Shown here: positions 37,382 to 45,687 of the stretch, one piece after another | Layout of the letters: every line of letters starts with the position of its first letter | Numbering within the stretch: position 1 is the first letter of the stretch | Virus record (IMG/VR): IMGVR_UViG_3300037873_000022 | Location: 1 to 59,724 of that record | Origin: a virus | Taxonomy: Duplodnaviria; Caudoviricetes | Strand: one strand, 5' to 3' | Length of the DNA stretch: 59,724 nucleotides | Notes under the pieces: model-generated | Seen by the model: the letters and a program-made list of their open reading frames with translations, nothing else | Told to the model about the DNA's origin: nothing | Database searches by the model: none | Made by a program: the position numbers and the translations under genes

Positions 37382-37876
37382 CTACTGGGACTTGGCCATC
37401 GCCTCACCGAGGCTGAGCTGGTTCTCACTGCCCGGGGTGCGCTTGATGGCGACCCCGAAGTGGCGGTACGGCTTGCCCTGGAAACGCCCCTTCTTGATCG
37501 GCTTCTCACCGAAGAACTTCACCGCGATCCGGTCACTGATCCGGGGGTTGGCGTCCAGCAGCTCCCGGCGCAGCACCGCGCCGTAGCCGATCACCCGGAA
37601 CTTGTCGCCGTCCTTGGTCAGGATGGTGACGGTCGGGCACCGAGGGTCCTCGCCCTCCTTGGCGAAGTCGCTATTGGTGTGACCCACCTTGACGACCTCA
37701 CCGGCGATCCCCTCGCCCTTCTCGGCCGGGACCCAGCCCTCCGAGTCGTCTTCCACGACCTGATCGAGCAGGTCATCGAAATCATCGTCATTGTCCGATG
37801 CGGCGCCAGCCTCACCGAACAGCTCGTCCACCTCGTCCTGGGCAGGGGTGGCGGTCTTGCTCTTGGCAGCGGGCAC
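37382..37876 (-). CDS. OB-fold-like putative ssDNA-binding protein (paralog A)
   Basis: Acidic N terminus; W.P..GE.IAGEV...; lies in the replication/recombination block. Confidence 0.6.
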   Translation of the reverse strand: MPAAKSKTATPAQDEVDELFGEAGAASDNDDDFDDLLDQVVEDDSEGWVPAEKGEGIAGEVVKVGHTNSDFAKEGEDPRCPTVTILTKDGDKFRVIGYGAVLRRELLDANPRISDRIAVKFFGEKPIKKGRFQGKPYRHFGVAIKRTPGSENQLSLGEAMAKSQ

Positions 37877-38070
37877 GCGGCCCACCTCCTATCACCTAGT
37901 TACCTACTTGACCTACTTAACGGCCCGGCGGGGACCGGATCGGCGTCCGGTCCCCCGGCTGTTGGGTGCCTGTCTCTCCAGGCTGTCACCGATAGGTCCT
38001 GCCTACGGTCGGCCGGCCGTTCCAGCTCATCTGAAGGGGGAGAGAGTCACGACGAACCTCCGGTACCCCG

Positions 38071-38136
38071 TGGACCCCGGAGGACTCGAACCTCCATCTT
38101 CTCCGTCGAGTGCTCTGCCAGTTGAGCTACAGGCCC
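38071..38136 (-). ncRNA. tRNA-like RNA lacking the anticodon loop (66 nt)
   Basis: GGGCCTG TA GCTC-AACTGGCA-GAGC A CTC-GACG-GAG AAGAT GGAGG-TTCGAGT-CCTCC GGGGTCC A. Confidence 0.7.
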
Positions 38137-38221
38137 ATGCTCCCCGGTTGATTGGGGCCCAACCGGGGGAAAGCCCGCTTACCACTACAGACTAGCACCG
38201 GTCATCACCGAGCGCAAGTCA

Positions 38222-39214
38222 TCACTTCTTCGGAACCCGGATGGTCATCCGGCGGTGCGTGGACTTCACGGTCACCTCAGCCGCGATCTCGGGGTGGTCG
38301 CGCTTCAGGGCCTCCACGTCGATCCGGTTGGTGGTCACCTCGGGGTACGAGACCACCTTGCGGTCCCCCAAGTAGCCGGCCGCCGCGTCGGCCACCTGCA
38401 TCCTGAAGTAATTTTTGATCTCGTCCAGCCGGGCCTGAGCCCGGTCCACATCGGCCTTGGCGGCCTGGTAGCCCTCCAGCCACTCGTCCGCGTCAGAAGG
38501 CAGCTCCACCGAGGGCCGGACCACGGCAGGGTGAAGGTAGCGCATCAGCTCCTCAGTCTTCGGGTGCCGGAGATCGTGCATCGGGGGCTCGTCGCCCAGC
38601 ACGTTAACGTGCCAGAACCGAGTCGCCTCCTCGCGCATCTCAGCGAACCAGGCCGCGTCGAACTCGCATTCGACCACGTAGAAGTTGCGAGCCGAGCCCA
38701 GTACCAGGCAGCCCAGCCAGCCCCGGTTCAGGCCCAGGATGCCGAGCTGCCATTGGAGCTGAGCCTGGTAGCTCAGCGGGGCGGCACCGTCGCCCTGCCC
38801 ACCGGCCGCGATCGAGCCGGACTGCCAGCCCTCGTCCTCCCCGGCGGTCTTGCACTCGAACACCCCGACCGCCCGCCACTTCCGGGAGTGGCAGGCGAAC
38901 CGGTCCGGAGTGACCCGCAGGAACTCCTCATTCAGCGCCGTGCTGACCCAGAGTCCCCCGCCCGGCCGACTCACAAGCCCCACCATCTCGGCCGTCTTCT
39001 GAGCGACTACCTCTTCCAGCCGGTGGCCCCATTCGACCGGCGCCAGGTGCGAGAGATCCTTGCCACCGTGGGCCTTGGTGTTCCAGACCGAGAACGGCGT
39101 CTCGTACTCCGAGACCCCGATCAGCGCGCCGATCTCGGAACCACCGATGCCGCCCTGCCGAGCCTTCAGCCACGCCTCGTGGCCAGCGCACTCGGGGAGG
39201 ATGAGCCGAGCCAT
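38222..39214 (-). CDS. YqaJ/lambda-exonuclease-like recombination nuclease
   Basis: WLKARQGGIGGSE, WGHRLE, TPDR, ECKT, YQAQLQWQL; start MARLIL at 39214. Confidence 0.9.
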   Translation of the reverse strand: MARLILPECAGHEAWLKARQGGIGGSEIGALIGVSEYETPFSVWNTKAHGGKDLSHLAPVEWGHRLEEVVAQKTAEMVGLVSRPGGGLWVSTALNEEFLRVTPDRFACHSRKWRAVGVFECKTAGEDEGWQSGSIAAGGQGDGAAPLSYQAQLQWQLGILGLNRGWLGCLVLGSARNFYVVECEFDAAWFAEMREEATRFWHVNVLGDEPPMHDLRHPKTEELMRYLHPAVVRPSVELPSDADEWLEGYQAAKADVDRAQARLDEIKNYFRMQVADAAAGYLGDRKVVSYPEVTTNRIDVEALKRDHPEIAAEVTVKSTHRRMTIRVPKK

Positions 39215-39303
39215 CGGTCGCGGCCCCGGGATCTGCGGGACCCGGTGCGCGCGGTGCCGGCAGGCCCGTTCAGCCGGCGCCGCATCGGGGTGCCGAGCGG
39301 TCA

Positions 39304-39483
39304 TCACTTGGCCTGCCCGCAGTACCGGCACACACAGACCCCCGGGTGGCCGGCCGGTTCGACCCGGCATCGGTGCTGCCGGTAGCTGTCCTGGTCGGCG
39401 TCGCGCCGGGCGGCCACCACGGCGGCCGGTTCGACCACCTTCCAGGTCCGTTGACACCCGGCCCGTTCGATCGTTTCCATCAT
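39304..39483 (-). CDS. Small Cys/His protein
   Basis: HRC....GHPGVCVCRYCG. Confidence 0.5.
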   Translation of the reverse strand: MMETIERAGCQRTWKVVEPAAVVAARRDADQDSYRQHRCRVEPAGHPGVCVCRYCGQAK

Positions 39484-39695
39484 CACTGCTCCCAATCGAC
39501 ATCGGCCATCCGGAACGCGATTCGGCGGTTAGGGTCCAACACGTTCCGCCACCGGGTCCGGATGATCGCTTTCTTCGTCTCAGCACTCAGCTCCGCCCAG
39601 TGCTGCCCACACGCGTAGCGCGTGTTCGGAACCTGGACCGAGCAACCGTGCCGGGGGCAGGTGTGCTCACCTGCCCGCGGCCGGTTCAGTCCCAT
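39483..39695 (-). CDS. Small Zn-finger-like protein
   Basis: HTCP..GC.......YAC..HW..L. Confidence 0.6.
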   Translation of the reverse strand: MGLNRPRAGEHTCPRHGCSVQVPNTRYACGQHWAELSAETKKAIIRTRWRNVLDPNRRIAFRMADVDWEQ

Positions 39696-40070
39696 GTCGC
39701 CTCCTCGTACTGGCTCCGGATCAGGTCTGCGTCCCGGACCAGATCCAGCATCCGACGCAACGGGTACTCCCGGATCGAGTTCAACAGCTCCTGGTCCTGG
39801 ACCTCTTCGACGGTCCGCACCCGGCCCGACTCGACCTCGCGCAGCAGCGCGTCCAGGGCGCGTGAGCTGACCTGGTGGTTACACGGTGTCGACAGGTCCA
39901 GCCCTCGCGCGCAGCACCCGAACCACGGCGGCGCGGCCGGGTCTTTCCCCCGGTCGGCCTTGCACGACTCCAGCGTGGCCCCGCAGCCCTCGCAGCGAGC
40001 CTCGCGCCTGATCTGCTCCCGCCGGGCTGTTACGACCCGGGCCAGCTCCGCTCCTTCCATGATCGGTCAC
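39686..40070 (-). CDS. Hypothetical Cys-containing protein
   Basis: Coupled between neighbours; exact start uncertain. Confidence 0.5.
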
Positions 40071-40579
40071 CCCTCCTTGTTGATCTTGCCCAGAGACTCC
40101 CGGTTCAGGGCCGGGAGCACGAACCGAGCGCTGCCCAGGTAGTCACACGCGGCCACCCACAACCACCAGGCGTCGCATGTGTTGTCGTCGGTGAACTCGA
40201 CCTCGGCCCGTTTGTAGGCGGCCAAGGCCATCGCCCGCTTGTCGGTCTTGCTGCCCCCGTTGCCCGTGGCGTACTTCTTCAGGCTGGAAGGGGGGAGCGT
40301 GGCGTACGGTATGCCCTGCTCGATCAGCATCGAGCGGACCGCCCCGTGGACCATCCCAGTGATTCCGGCGCTCTTGCTGTGGTTCAGGTACCCCTCGATC
40401 AGGACCAGCTCGGCCCCGAGCACGTAGGTTCGGACCTGGTTCCGGATCACCACCAGCCGGTCATCCTTGGTGCCCCTGGTCCGGACCAGGTGCCAGCATG
40501 GGGCATCGGCCACGGTGTGGGTTACCCCGGTAGCGGTGATGGACAGGTCCAGACCTGCCACCTTCGGGGGGGCGGTCAT
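40067..40579 (-). CDS. RuvC-like Holliday junction resolvase
   Basis: GLDLSITATG, VLIEG, PSSLKKYATGNG...K, DNTCDA. Confidence 0.88.
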   Translation of the reverse strand: MTAPPKVAGLDLSITATGVTHTVADAPCWHLVRTRGTKDDRLVVIRNQVRTYVLGAELVLIEGYLNHSKSAGITGMVHGAVRSMLIEQGIPYATLPPSSLKKYATGNGGSKTDKRAMALAAYKRAEVEFTDDNTCDAWWLWVAACDYLGSARFVLPALNRESLGKINKEG

Positions 40580-41208
40580 CAGTCCCGCCCGTCCCCGAGC
40601 GCGCCACCCGGGTTGTACGGCGGGACCACGCCGGTCCGAGAAGGATGCCGGGCACGTGCGAGCGCGGCCCGACCCTGCTCGGTATAGGGATGCCCGTACT
40701 CCTCGGCATAGTTGCGGTCCTCCTGGCTCGGGCGTAGGAGAGCGCGAGCCTTCAGCTCCTGGACTCCCAGCCGGTCCTCCAGGGCAGCCACCTCGGTCTC
40801 CTCCCCCTCGGGGAAGATCCCGTCTGAGTGCAACTGGCCCAGGACGTACCCCTGATCGTGGATCTGTTCGATCAGTGCCTGGACGGCCTGGTGGCCTTCC
40901 ATCGACTTCTGGTTGTACGGCAGGTCCAGGTTCACCCCGTCCGCCAGGGCCTCCTCACGCGACCTCCAATGGACACCCAGGTACTTGCGGACGACGGCCA
41001 GGAACTGCCGATAGTAGTGATCCACGTCCCTGGTCATGACCGGAGAGCCCTCGTCCCGGATCTCTTCGATCAGCGCCCGGACAGCCTGGTGGCCAGCGGC
41101 CGACAGGCCGACCGGTGCCCGTTGCTCGGGCAGGCCGGCGCCGCCTCCACGCCCCTGTGACTCCAGGATCGCAAGGAGCTTCCGGTGGTACTCCTCGACC
41201 GTGCTCAT
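40579..41208 (-). CDS. Hypothetical protein with internal GHQAV.ALIE.I.D.G duplication
   Basis: Coupled ORF. Confidence 0.6.
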   Translation of the reverse strand: MSTVEEYHRKLLAILESQGRGGGAGLPEQRAPVGLSAAGHQAVRALIEEIRDEGSPVMTRDVDHYYRQFLAVVRKYLGVHWRSREEALADGVNLDLPYNQKSMEGHQAVQALIEQIHDQGYVLGQLHSDGIFPEGEETEVAALEDRLGVQELKARALLRPSQEDRNYAEEYGHPYTEQGRAALARARHPSRTGVVPPYNPGGALGDGRD

Positions 41209-41462
41209 GACTGGGACCCGCGCTCGGGGTCGGGAAGCTCCCCCTCACACGCCTGGCCGTCTCCGTCCTCGTCCAGGTTGTGGGGGTCCAGGTCGTTGGT
41301 GGTCTGCGCCTGGTCGTACGCGCGCTGGGCCTGGTCCCGGTTGTCGAAGTCCTCGCAGTCCAGGGTGTCCGTCACCGGCTCCTGGGGCGCGTTGTCGCAA
41401 CCATCGGCGGCAGCCAGCGCCGGCAGCAGTGCCAGCGCGGCCAGCCCAATCTTGATCCTCAT
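41205..41462 (-). CDS. Putative lipoprotein with Excalibur-like Ca-binding domain
   Basis: Signal peptide ending in Cys; LDCEDF...DPHNLDEDGDGQACE. Confidence 0.8.
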   Translation of the reverse strand: MRIKIGLAALALLPALAAADGCDNAPQEPVTDTLDCEDFDNRDQAQRAYDQAQTTNDLDPHNLDEDGDGQACEGELPDPERGSQS

Positions 41463-41510
41463 TGTCCGTTTCCTTCCTGTTGTTACTTAGTTACCGAACA
41501 TCCCCGATCA

Positions 41511-41798
41511 TCAAGACCCGCTTGGGTCCTCCTCGTTTCGAATCTTGGTGGTCGCCTCCTGTTGCTGGCGTAGCCACGCCTCCAGCTCCCGCTCGAATGC
41601 CACCAGCCGGCGGCCGAGCTTCCATAGGCACGCCATCGTGCCCGCGTGGTACCGGCTACGGATGGTGCCCTCCGGCATACCGGTGCGCTCCATGATCTCT
41701 GGCAGGTACAGAATCCGGCCCTTCTCACCGCCGTGGTCTACCGCGTCGCTACGGGTCACCCCACCCTCCTTTCTTAAGTCGATGGGTTCGTTCACCAC
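41511..41798 (-). CDS. AlpA/excisionase-like HTH DNA-binding protein
   Basis: ILYLPEIMERTGMPEGTIRSR...WKLGRRLV....ELEAWL. Confidence 0.75.
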   Translation of the reverse strand: MVNEPIDLRKEGGVTRSDAVDHGGEKGRILYLPEIMERTGMPEGTIRSRYHAGTMACLWKLGRRLVAFERELEAWLRQQQEATTKIRNEEDPSGS

Positions 41799-41862
41799 CG
41801 ATCATAGCAGGGCACTACCACTGGACGCAACAGCCCCCCGCCCGGGGGCGGGGGGCTGGCGG

Positions 41863-43047
41863 TCAGTCCTCGTCGGTGGGCTCGAACTTGGCGCCCTCCT
41901 CCTCGAAGGGCTCCCGGCACCGCCCGCACACGATCTCGCCCTCGGCGAGCACCTTCCGGCTGGCCCGGATGATCCGGGGGGTCTCACACCCGCACACGGC
42001 CTTGACGTTGTTCGTGCTCGGGCCGGCACCCTCCTTGCGGGGCTTCTTGGCGCCGTGGATGAACTCCCCGCCACCGGGACCTTCCCCGTCCTCGCCGGTC
42101 ACGGCCAGGAACCCGGGCAGCGCGATGGTCATCCGGATCGCCTTGTCCAGCTCCTCGATCACCGGGGCGTACTCCTCGCGGGTGCCCGGCGTCATCAGGC
42201 ACTCGGAGAACCCGGCCTGGGGGTGGGCCGACTCCTTCGGGTACTCCAGGCCCATCTCCTCGGCCAGCGTGCGGAAACGCTGGTTGTGCCAGCGGCCCTG
42301 GCGCGAGGTGTCCTTCACGTCGCGGACCTGGGCGAGCACGTGGGCGGCCTCGTGGAGCATCGTCTCCACGGTGTGGCCCGCGCCCTTGGCCAGCGTCTCC
42401 CCGGCCACGAACATCTCACCCAGCCGGACGTTGACGGTCACCCCGTCCTGGGTCTCCTCGTGCTCCCGGTCGGTCCAGCCGTTGGCCCGGAAGTGGCCCC
42501 ATCGGGCCGGGCCGACGAACCCGGAGCCGGTCACGATGACCACCGGGGGGAGGTCGGCGTGGTTGGCCCGTACGGCCTCCCACACGCGCTCCAGGACCGT
42601 CACAACCGCCGAGCCGGTGGTCTGGGTAGCCGGCGGGCTCGCGGGCTCCTGGTGGGAACCGAACGGGTGGGCCGGCGCGGTCTCGACGTTGACGGGTTCA
42701 CTTGGTGCGGCCTCGGTCTCGCCGAACGTGCCGTCCACCATCTCCCGTTCGAGGTGTCCGGCTACCAGGCTGAACGGCATGGCCTTGCCGGCCACCCGGG
42801 TCAGCTCGTAACCGTTGCTGGTGTCGTTAACCGCGCTGGGGGTGGTCAGTGCCACCTTGGCGTTGAGCCGGCCCACCGACACGACGATCCCGCGCCGTAG
42901 CTTGCCGTGGGAGTGGATCACTACAACCTCCCCGGTCACGGGCCGGCGGGTGCCGAAGTGGTAGCCGGCGCCGTTCACCTCGGCCTCGGTGTTCCACGTG
43001 CCGATCCAGCGGATCAGGTCCTGGTCGGTGGGCTCGTAGGTCTTCAT
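41863..43047 (-). CDS. SprT-like zinc metalloprotease domain protein
   Basis: TMLHEAAH...RQGRWHNQRF; C-terminal C.C...C..C ribbon; start MKTYEP with RBS GGAAGG. Confidence 0.75.
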   Translation of the reverse strand: MKTYEPTDQDLIRWIGTWNTEAEVNGAGYHFGTRRPVTGEVVVIHSHGKLRRGIVVSVGRLNAKVALTTPSAVNDTSNGYELTRVAGKAMPFSLVAGHLEREMVDGTFGETEAAPSEPVNVETAPAHPFGSHQEPASPPATQTTGSAVVTVLERVWEAVRANHADLPPVVIVTGSGFVGPARWGHFRANGWTDREHEETQDGVTVNVRLGEMFVAGETLAKGAGHTVETMLHEAAHVLAQVRDVKDTSRQGRWHNQRFRTLAEEMGLEYPKESAHPQAGFSECLMTPGTREEYAPVIEELDKAIRMTIALPGFLAVTGEDGEGPGGGEFIHGAKKPRKEGAGPSTNNVKAVCGCETPRIIRASRKVLAEGEIVCGRCREPFEEEGAKFEPTDED

Positions 43048-43085
43048 GATCTTGGTCCTTCCTGTCTCGTCCTGTTGTGCTTCCA

Positions 43086-43140
43086 ACCTTACAGCCGTGA
43101 CGGTTAAGTGTCAACTCTCCCGGGTGTGTCGTACCTCACA
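43086..43140 (-). promoter_or_regulatory. Early promoter plus CRP-type box
   Basis: TTGACA(43114)-N17-TAAGGT; TGTGT-cgtacc-TCACA (43125-43140). Confidence 0.75.
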
Positions 43141-43203
43141 GGCGTGACTGTCCCCAGGAACGGGGAAGGCCCCGAGCCGGAGCCCGGGGCCTTCAGGAGG
43201 TGG

Positions 43204-43458
43204 TCAGATCTGGACCAGCGCGGCCTCCAGGCTCATCCCCGCGTAGGTCTGGTGGATCTGCCAGTCCTCGGAGCGCCCCAGACCGTACGCCTTCAGGATC
43301 TCGTCCACGCTGCCCAGCTCCCCGGCTACGGTCTCGGTGAACATCGGGCCGTCCACCCCGGCCCAGACCGAGCGCCGGACTACCAGCTCGGTACGGCGGT
43401 TGCCGTCCTCGTCCTGGTCCTGGCTGATGATTGCGGTGAACTTCTCGATGATCGCCAT
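43204..43458 (-). CDS. Hypothetical protein
   Basis: RBS GGAAGGATC and own promoter. Confidence 0.7.
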   Translation of the reverse strand: MAIIEKFTAIISQDQDEDGNRRTELVVRRSVWAGVDGPMFTETVAGELGSVDEILKAYGLGRSEDWQIHQTYAGMSLEAALVQI

Positions 43459-43508
43459 CTCTTGATCCTTCCCTGTCGGTCCGGGCCTTCCCCGTCCCTG
43501 TACCTACT

Positions 43509-43602
43509 ACTTTACAGGCATGACGGTTAAGTGTCAATAGGCACGCCTGTGAGGTAGCTCACACCGTCAGGGCTTGACACTTAACCGTCATGCCTGTAAT
43601 GT
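43509..43602. promoter_or_regulatory. Divergent promoter pair with central perfect CRP-type box
   Basis: TTGACACTTAACCGTCATGCCTGTAA on both strands (43537 minus, 43574 plus); TGTGA-ggtagc-TCACA at 43548-43563. Confidence 0.85.
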
Positions 43603-43652
43603 TGTGGATGTGAGGGGGACAGGCCCCCGGAACCCAGGAAGGATCGACAGAG

Positions 43653-43862
43653 ATGAACCGTCGCGCCAAGGGCAAGATGATCCGGAAGATCGCCAAGCTG
43701 GACCGGGCCTGGAGGACCGGCGGGAAGGTCGAAGGTCGGACCGAGAACGAGCTGGCCCTCCACCTCGGCCGGGCGTACCGCGCCGGGCTCGGGCCGGTCG
43801 CACGGCGCACCCAGAACCGCAGCGCGGCCCGCCTGGGCCAGCGGTCCGGCTGGGAGGGCTGA
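43653..43862 (+). CDS. Small basic protein
   Basis: RBS GGAAGGATC and own promoter. Confidence 0.65.
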   Translation: MNRRAKGKMIRKIAKLDRAWRTGGKVEGRTENELALHLGRAYRAGLGPVARRTQNRSAARLGQRSGWEG

Positions 43863-44063
43863 GACGTTGAGGCCCCCGGGGGAGACTCCCCCGGGGGCCG
43901 CCCGGGTCGTCGTCAGACGACCATCCCGAGATATCCCATAGCGGCCGGCGCCGGCCCGGGGGTTCCCCCGCCACGGGGGAGGGGGTGACCCCTGGTACAG
44001 CGCGGTCGGCCCTGGTGCGAACGACAGGCCCGCCCCGACCGGCGGGGCGGGCCTGCTCCGGTG

Positions 44064-44243
44064 CTACCGGAGGCCCGTCAGGATCTGCTCGGCGCGGCGG
44101 TTGCTGCGCTCCTCGCGGTTCCGGTCGCCGGAGACCTCGGCCAGGCCCTCGCTGCGGAGCTGGGCCATCACCTGGCGGTACTCCTCGGGGCTCATCGTCG
44201 CCAGCATGTCCATCGTTCCCGATCCCTTCTCTCCGTTGCTCAT
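44064..44243 (-). CDS. Small hypothetical protein
   Basis: Leaderless ATG 44243 or an internal ATG; own promoter. Confidence 0.55.
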   Translation of the reverse strand: MSNGEKGSGTMDMLATMSPEEYRQVMAQLRSEGLAEVSGDRNREERSNRRAEQILTGLR

Positions 44244-44250
44244 GAGGACA

Positions 44251-44305
44251 ACTTTACAGGCATGGCGGTTAAGTGTCAACCTCGCTGCCTGTGACCTACG
44301 CCACA
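44251..44305 (-). promoter_or_regulatory. Early promoter plus CRP-type box
   Basis: TTGACA(44279)-N17-TAAAGT; TGTGA-cctacg-CCACA (44290-44305). Confidence 0.75.
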
Positions 44306-44442
44306 ACGAGATGAGCCCCGAACCGGGAGACTGGCCCGGTCGGGGCTCGGGGCTACGGTGTGAGCCACCGCGCCCCCTTACGGCGCTGGCTCCCCAGCAA
44401 AAGCACCGGCCCGCTGGCGGGCGCGCTCCACCAGCGGGCCGC

Positions 44443-44673
44443 TTACGCGCTGGCCTTGGCCAGCAGATCGGTACGGGCTCCCTGACCCGGCCGGCTGTCG
44501 CGCCACCGGTTCAGCTCGCCCACCTGGAATACGGGTAGAACGTACTGACCTTCGGTCCGGCGCTCCTTGATCTTCGGTCCTACGCCTCGGGAGCAGTAGC
44601 TGGAAAGCGTGTTCCGCTGTAGGCCCAGGTACTCGGCGGCCGGACCGAAACCCACCAGCTCGGTATCGGGCAT
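44443..44673 (-). CDS. HTH DNA-binding protein
   Basis: AAEYLGLQRNTLSSY...W...RPGQGARTDL, a common actinophage HTH pattern. Confidence 0.75.
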   Translation of the reverse strand: MPDTELVGFGPAAEYLGLQRNTLSSYCSRGVGPKIKERRTEGQYVLPVFQVGELNRWRDSRPGQGARTDLLAKASA

Positions 44674-44827
44674 CCGGTCCTCCTTCCGGGTTGTCAGGGG
44701 CCAGGTGGTCCGGGGTACTAGGGTCCTGTTCACCGCCGGCTTACCGGGTCGCGTACCCCATGCGGATATCGGCTACTGGGGACCGGGTTCCCCCGGCCTG
44801 GTCCCGCTCGCGTCGCGGGCAGTTCTC

Positions 44828-44930
44828 ACCATACAGGCATGACTGCCCAGATGCAACATGGCAGGTACGCCTGTGACGTGAGCCACAAACGGCGGCAGCG
44901 CTTGACACGTAACCGTCACGCCTGTAAAGT
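44828..44930. promoter_or_regulatory. Divergent promoters with central CRP-like box
   Basis: Minus TTGCAT-N17-TATGGT; plus TTGACA(44902)-N17-TAAAGT; TGTGA-cgtgag-CCACA at 44872-44887. Confidence 0.65.
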
Positions 44931-44980
44931 TGGTCTCACGAGCAGGGAACAACCCCCGCCGGACAGGGAGGATCAACACC

Positions 44981-45475
44981 GTGCAGATCACCGCCATCAT
45001 CACCGGCACCGCCATCCGCGTGGAAATGCGGGACCTTCTCGGCACCGTTGAGCAGGTCTTCACCGAGCCCCGGCCGGCCACGTTCGCCCATGCTGACACA
45101 GCGCTGGCGGCCCACGGGTTTGGCCGGATTCGGGGGTGGAGCTGGAACCTGGGGGAGCAGGGCACCGTGACCGCACAACTGCAGGTCATTGACAACCGGT
45201 TCAACGGCACTCGGGCGGCACGCCTGGACCAGGCGATCGGGACCACCCACGGGAAGCTGGAGACCGTTCCAGCCAGCTCAGTGAACAACGGCGACATCAT
45301 CACCGACCTGGAAGAGTGCGCGCTCTACGTGGTCGCGGGCTCGAACCCGGGCTGGAACAACTACGGCCCGGCCATACGGGTCCACATGGTGGGCGAGGGC
45401 AAGGTCTGGGATGACCGGTATACAACCGACTTTCCGGCCGGCCAGCTCGTGAAGGTCGCGCGCCGGAAGGCGTGA
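44981..45475 (+). CDS. Hypothetical protein
   Basis: GTG with RBS GGAGGATC; hairpin-T terminator at about 45490-45520. Confidence 0.7.
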   Translation: MQITAIITGTAIRVEMRDLLGTVEQVFTEPRPATFAHADTALAAHGFGRIRGWSWNLGEQGTVTAQLQVIDNRFNGTRAARLDQAIGTTHGKLETVPASSVNNGDIITDLEECALYVVAGSNPGWNNYGPAIRVHMVGEGKVWDDRYTTDFPAGQLVKVARRKA

Positions 45476-45687
45476 CTCCCACCGGGACAACCCCCCGACC
45501 CTTACGGATCGGGGGGCTTTGCGTCAGTACCCGCCACCCGGAGATGACAGTAAGTCGCGGGCTCGGTGCACTTCCGGCCACCTCATGTCGGCCTCCCTAC
45601 GGTGCTGCCGGGCCTCCCGAAGGGCGCGGTCAGCCCGATCCTGCTCCCGGCTGTTGCGGCGCGTTACCCACCGCCACCATCTCCTGG

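Noticed and set aside
38071-38136. Functional tRNA with an assignable anticodon
   Set aside because: The anticodon arm is 7 nt short, so it is reported as a tRNA-like ncRNA instead.
41511-41798. Excisionase implying lysogeny
   Set aside because: No integrase, repressor or parAB is recognisable in the window, and AlpA-like HTH proteins also occur in lytic phages.
42827-44306. Several ORFs starting MTLNRHACK.../MTLNRHGCK... as a peptide family
   Set aside because: They are translations beginning at the TTG of the repeated TTGACA promoter, not genes.
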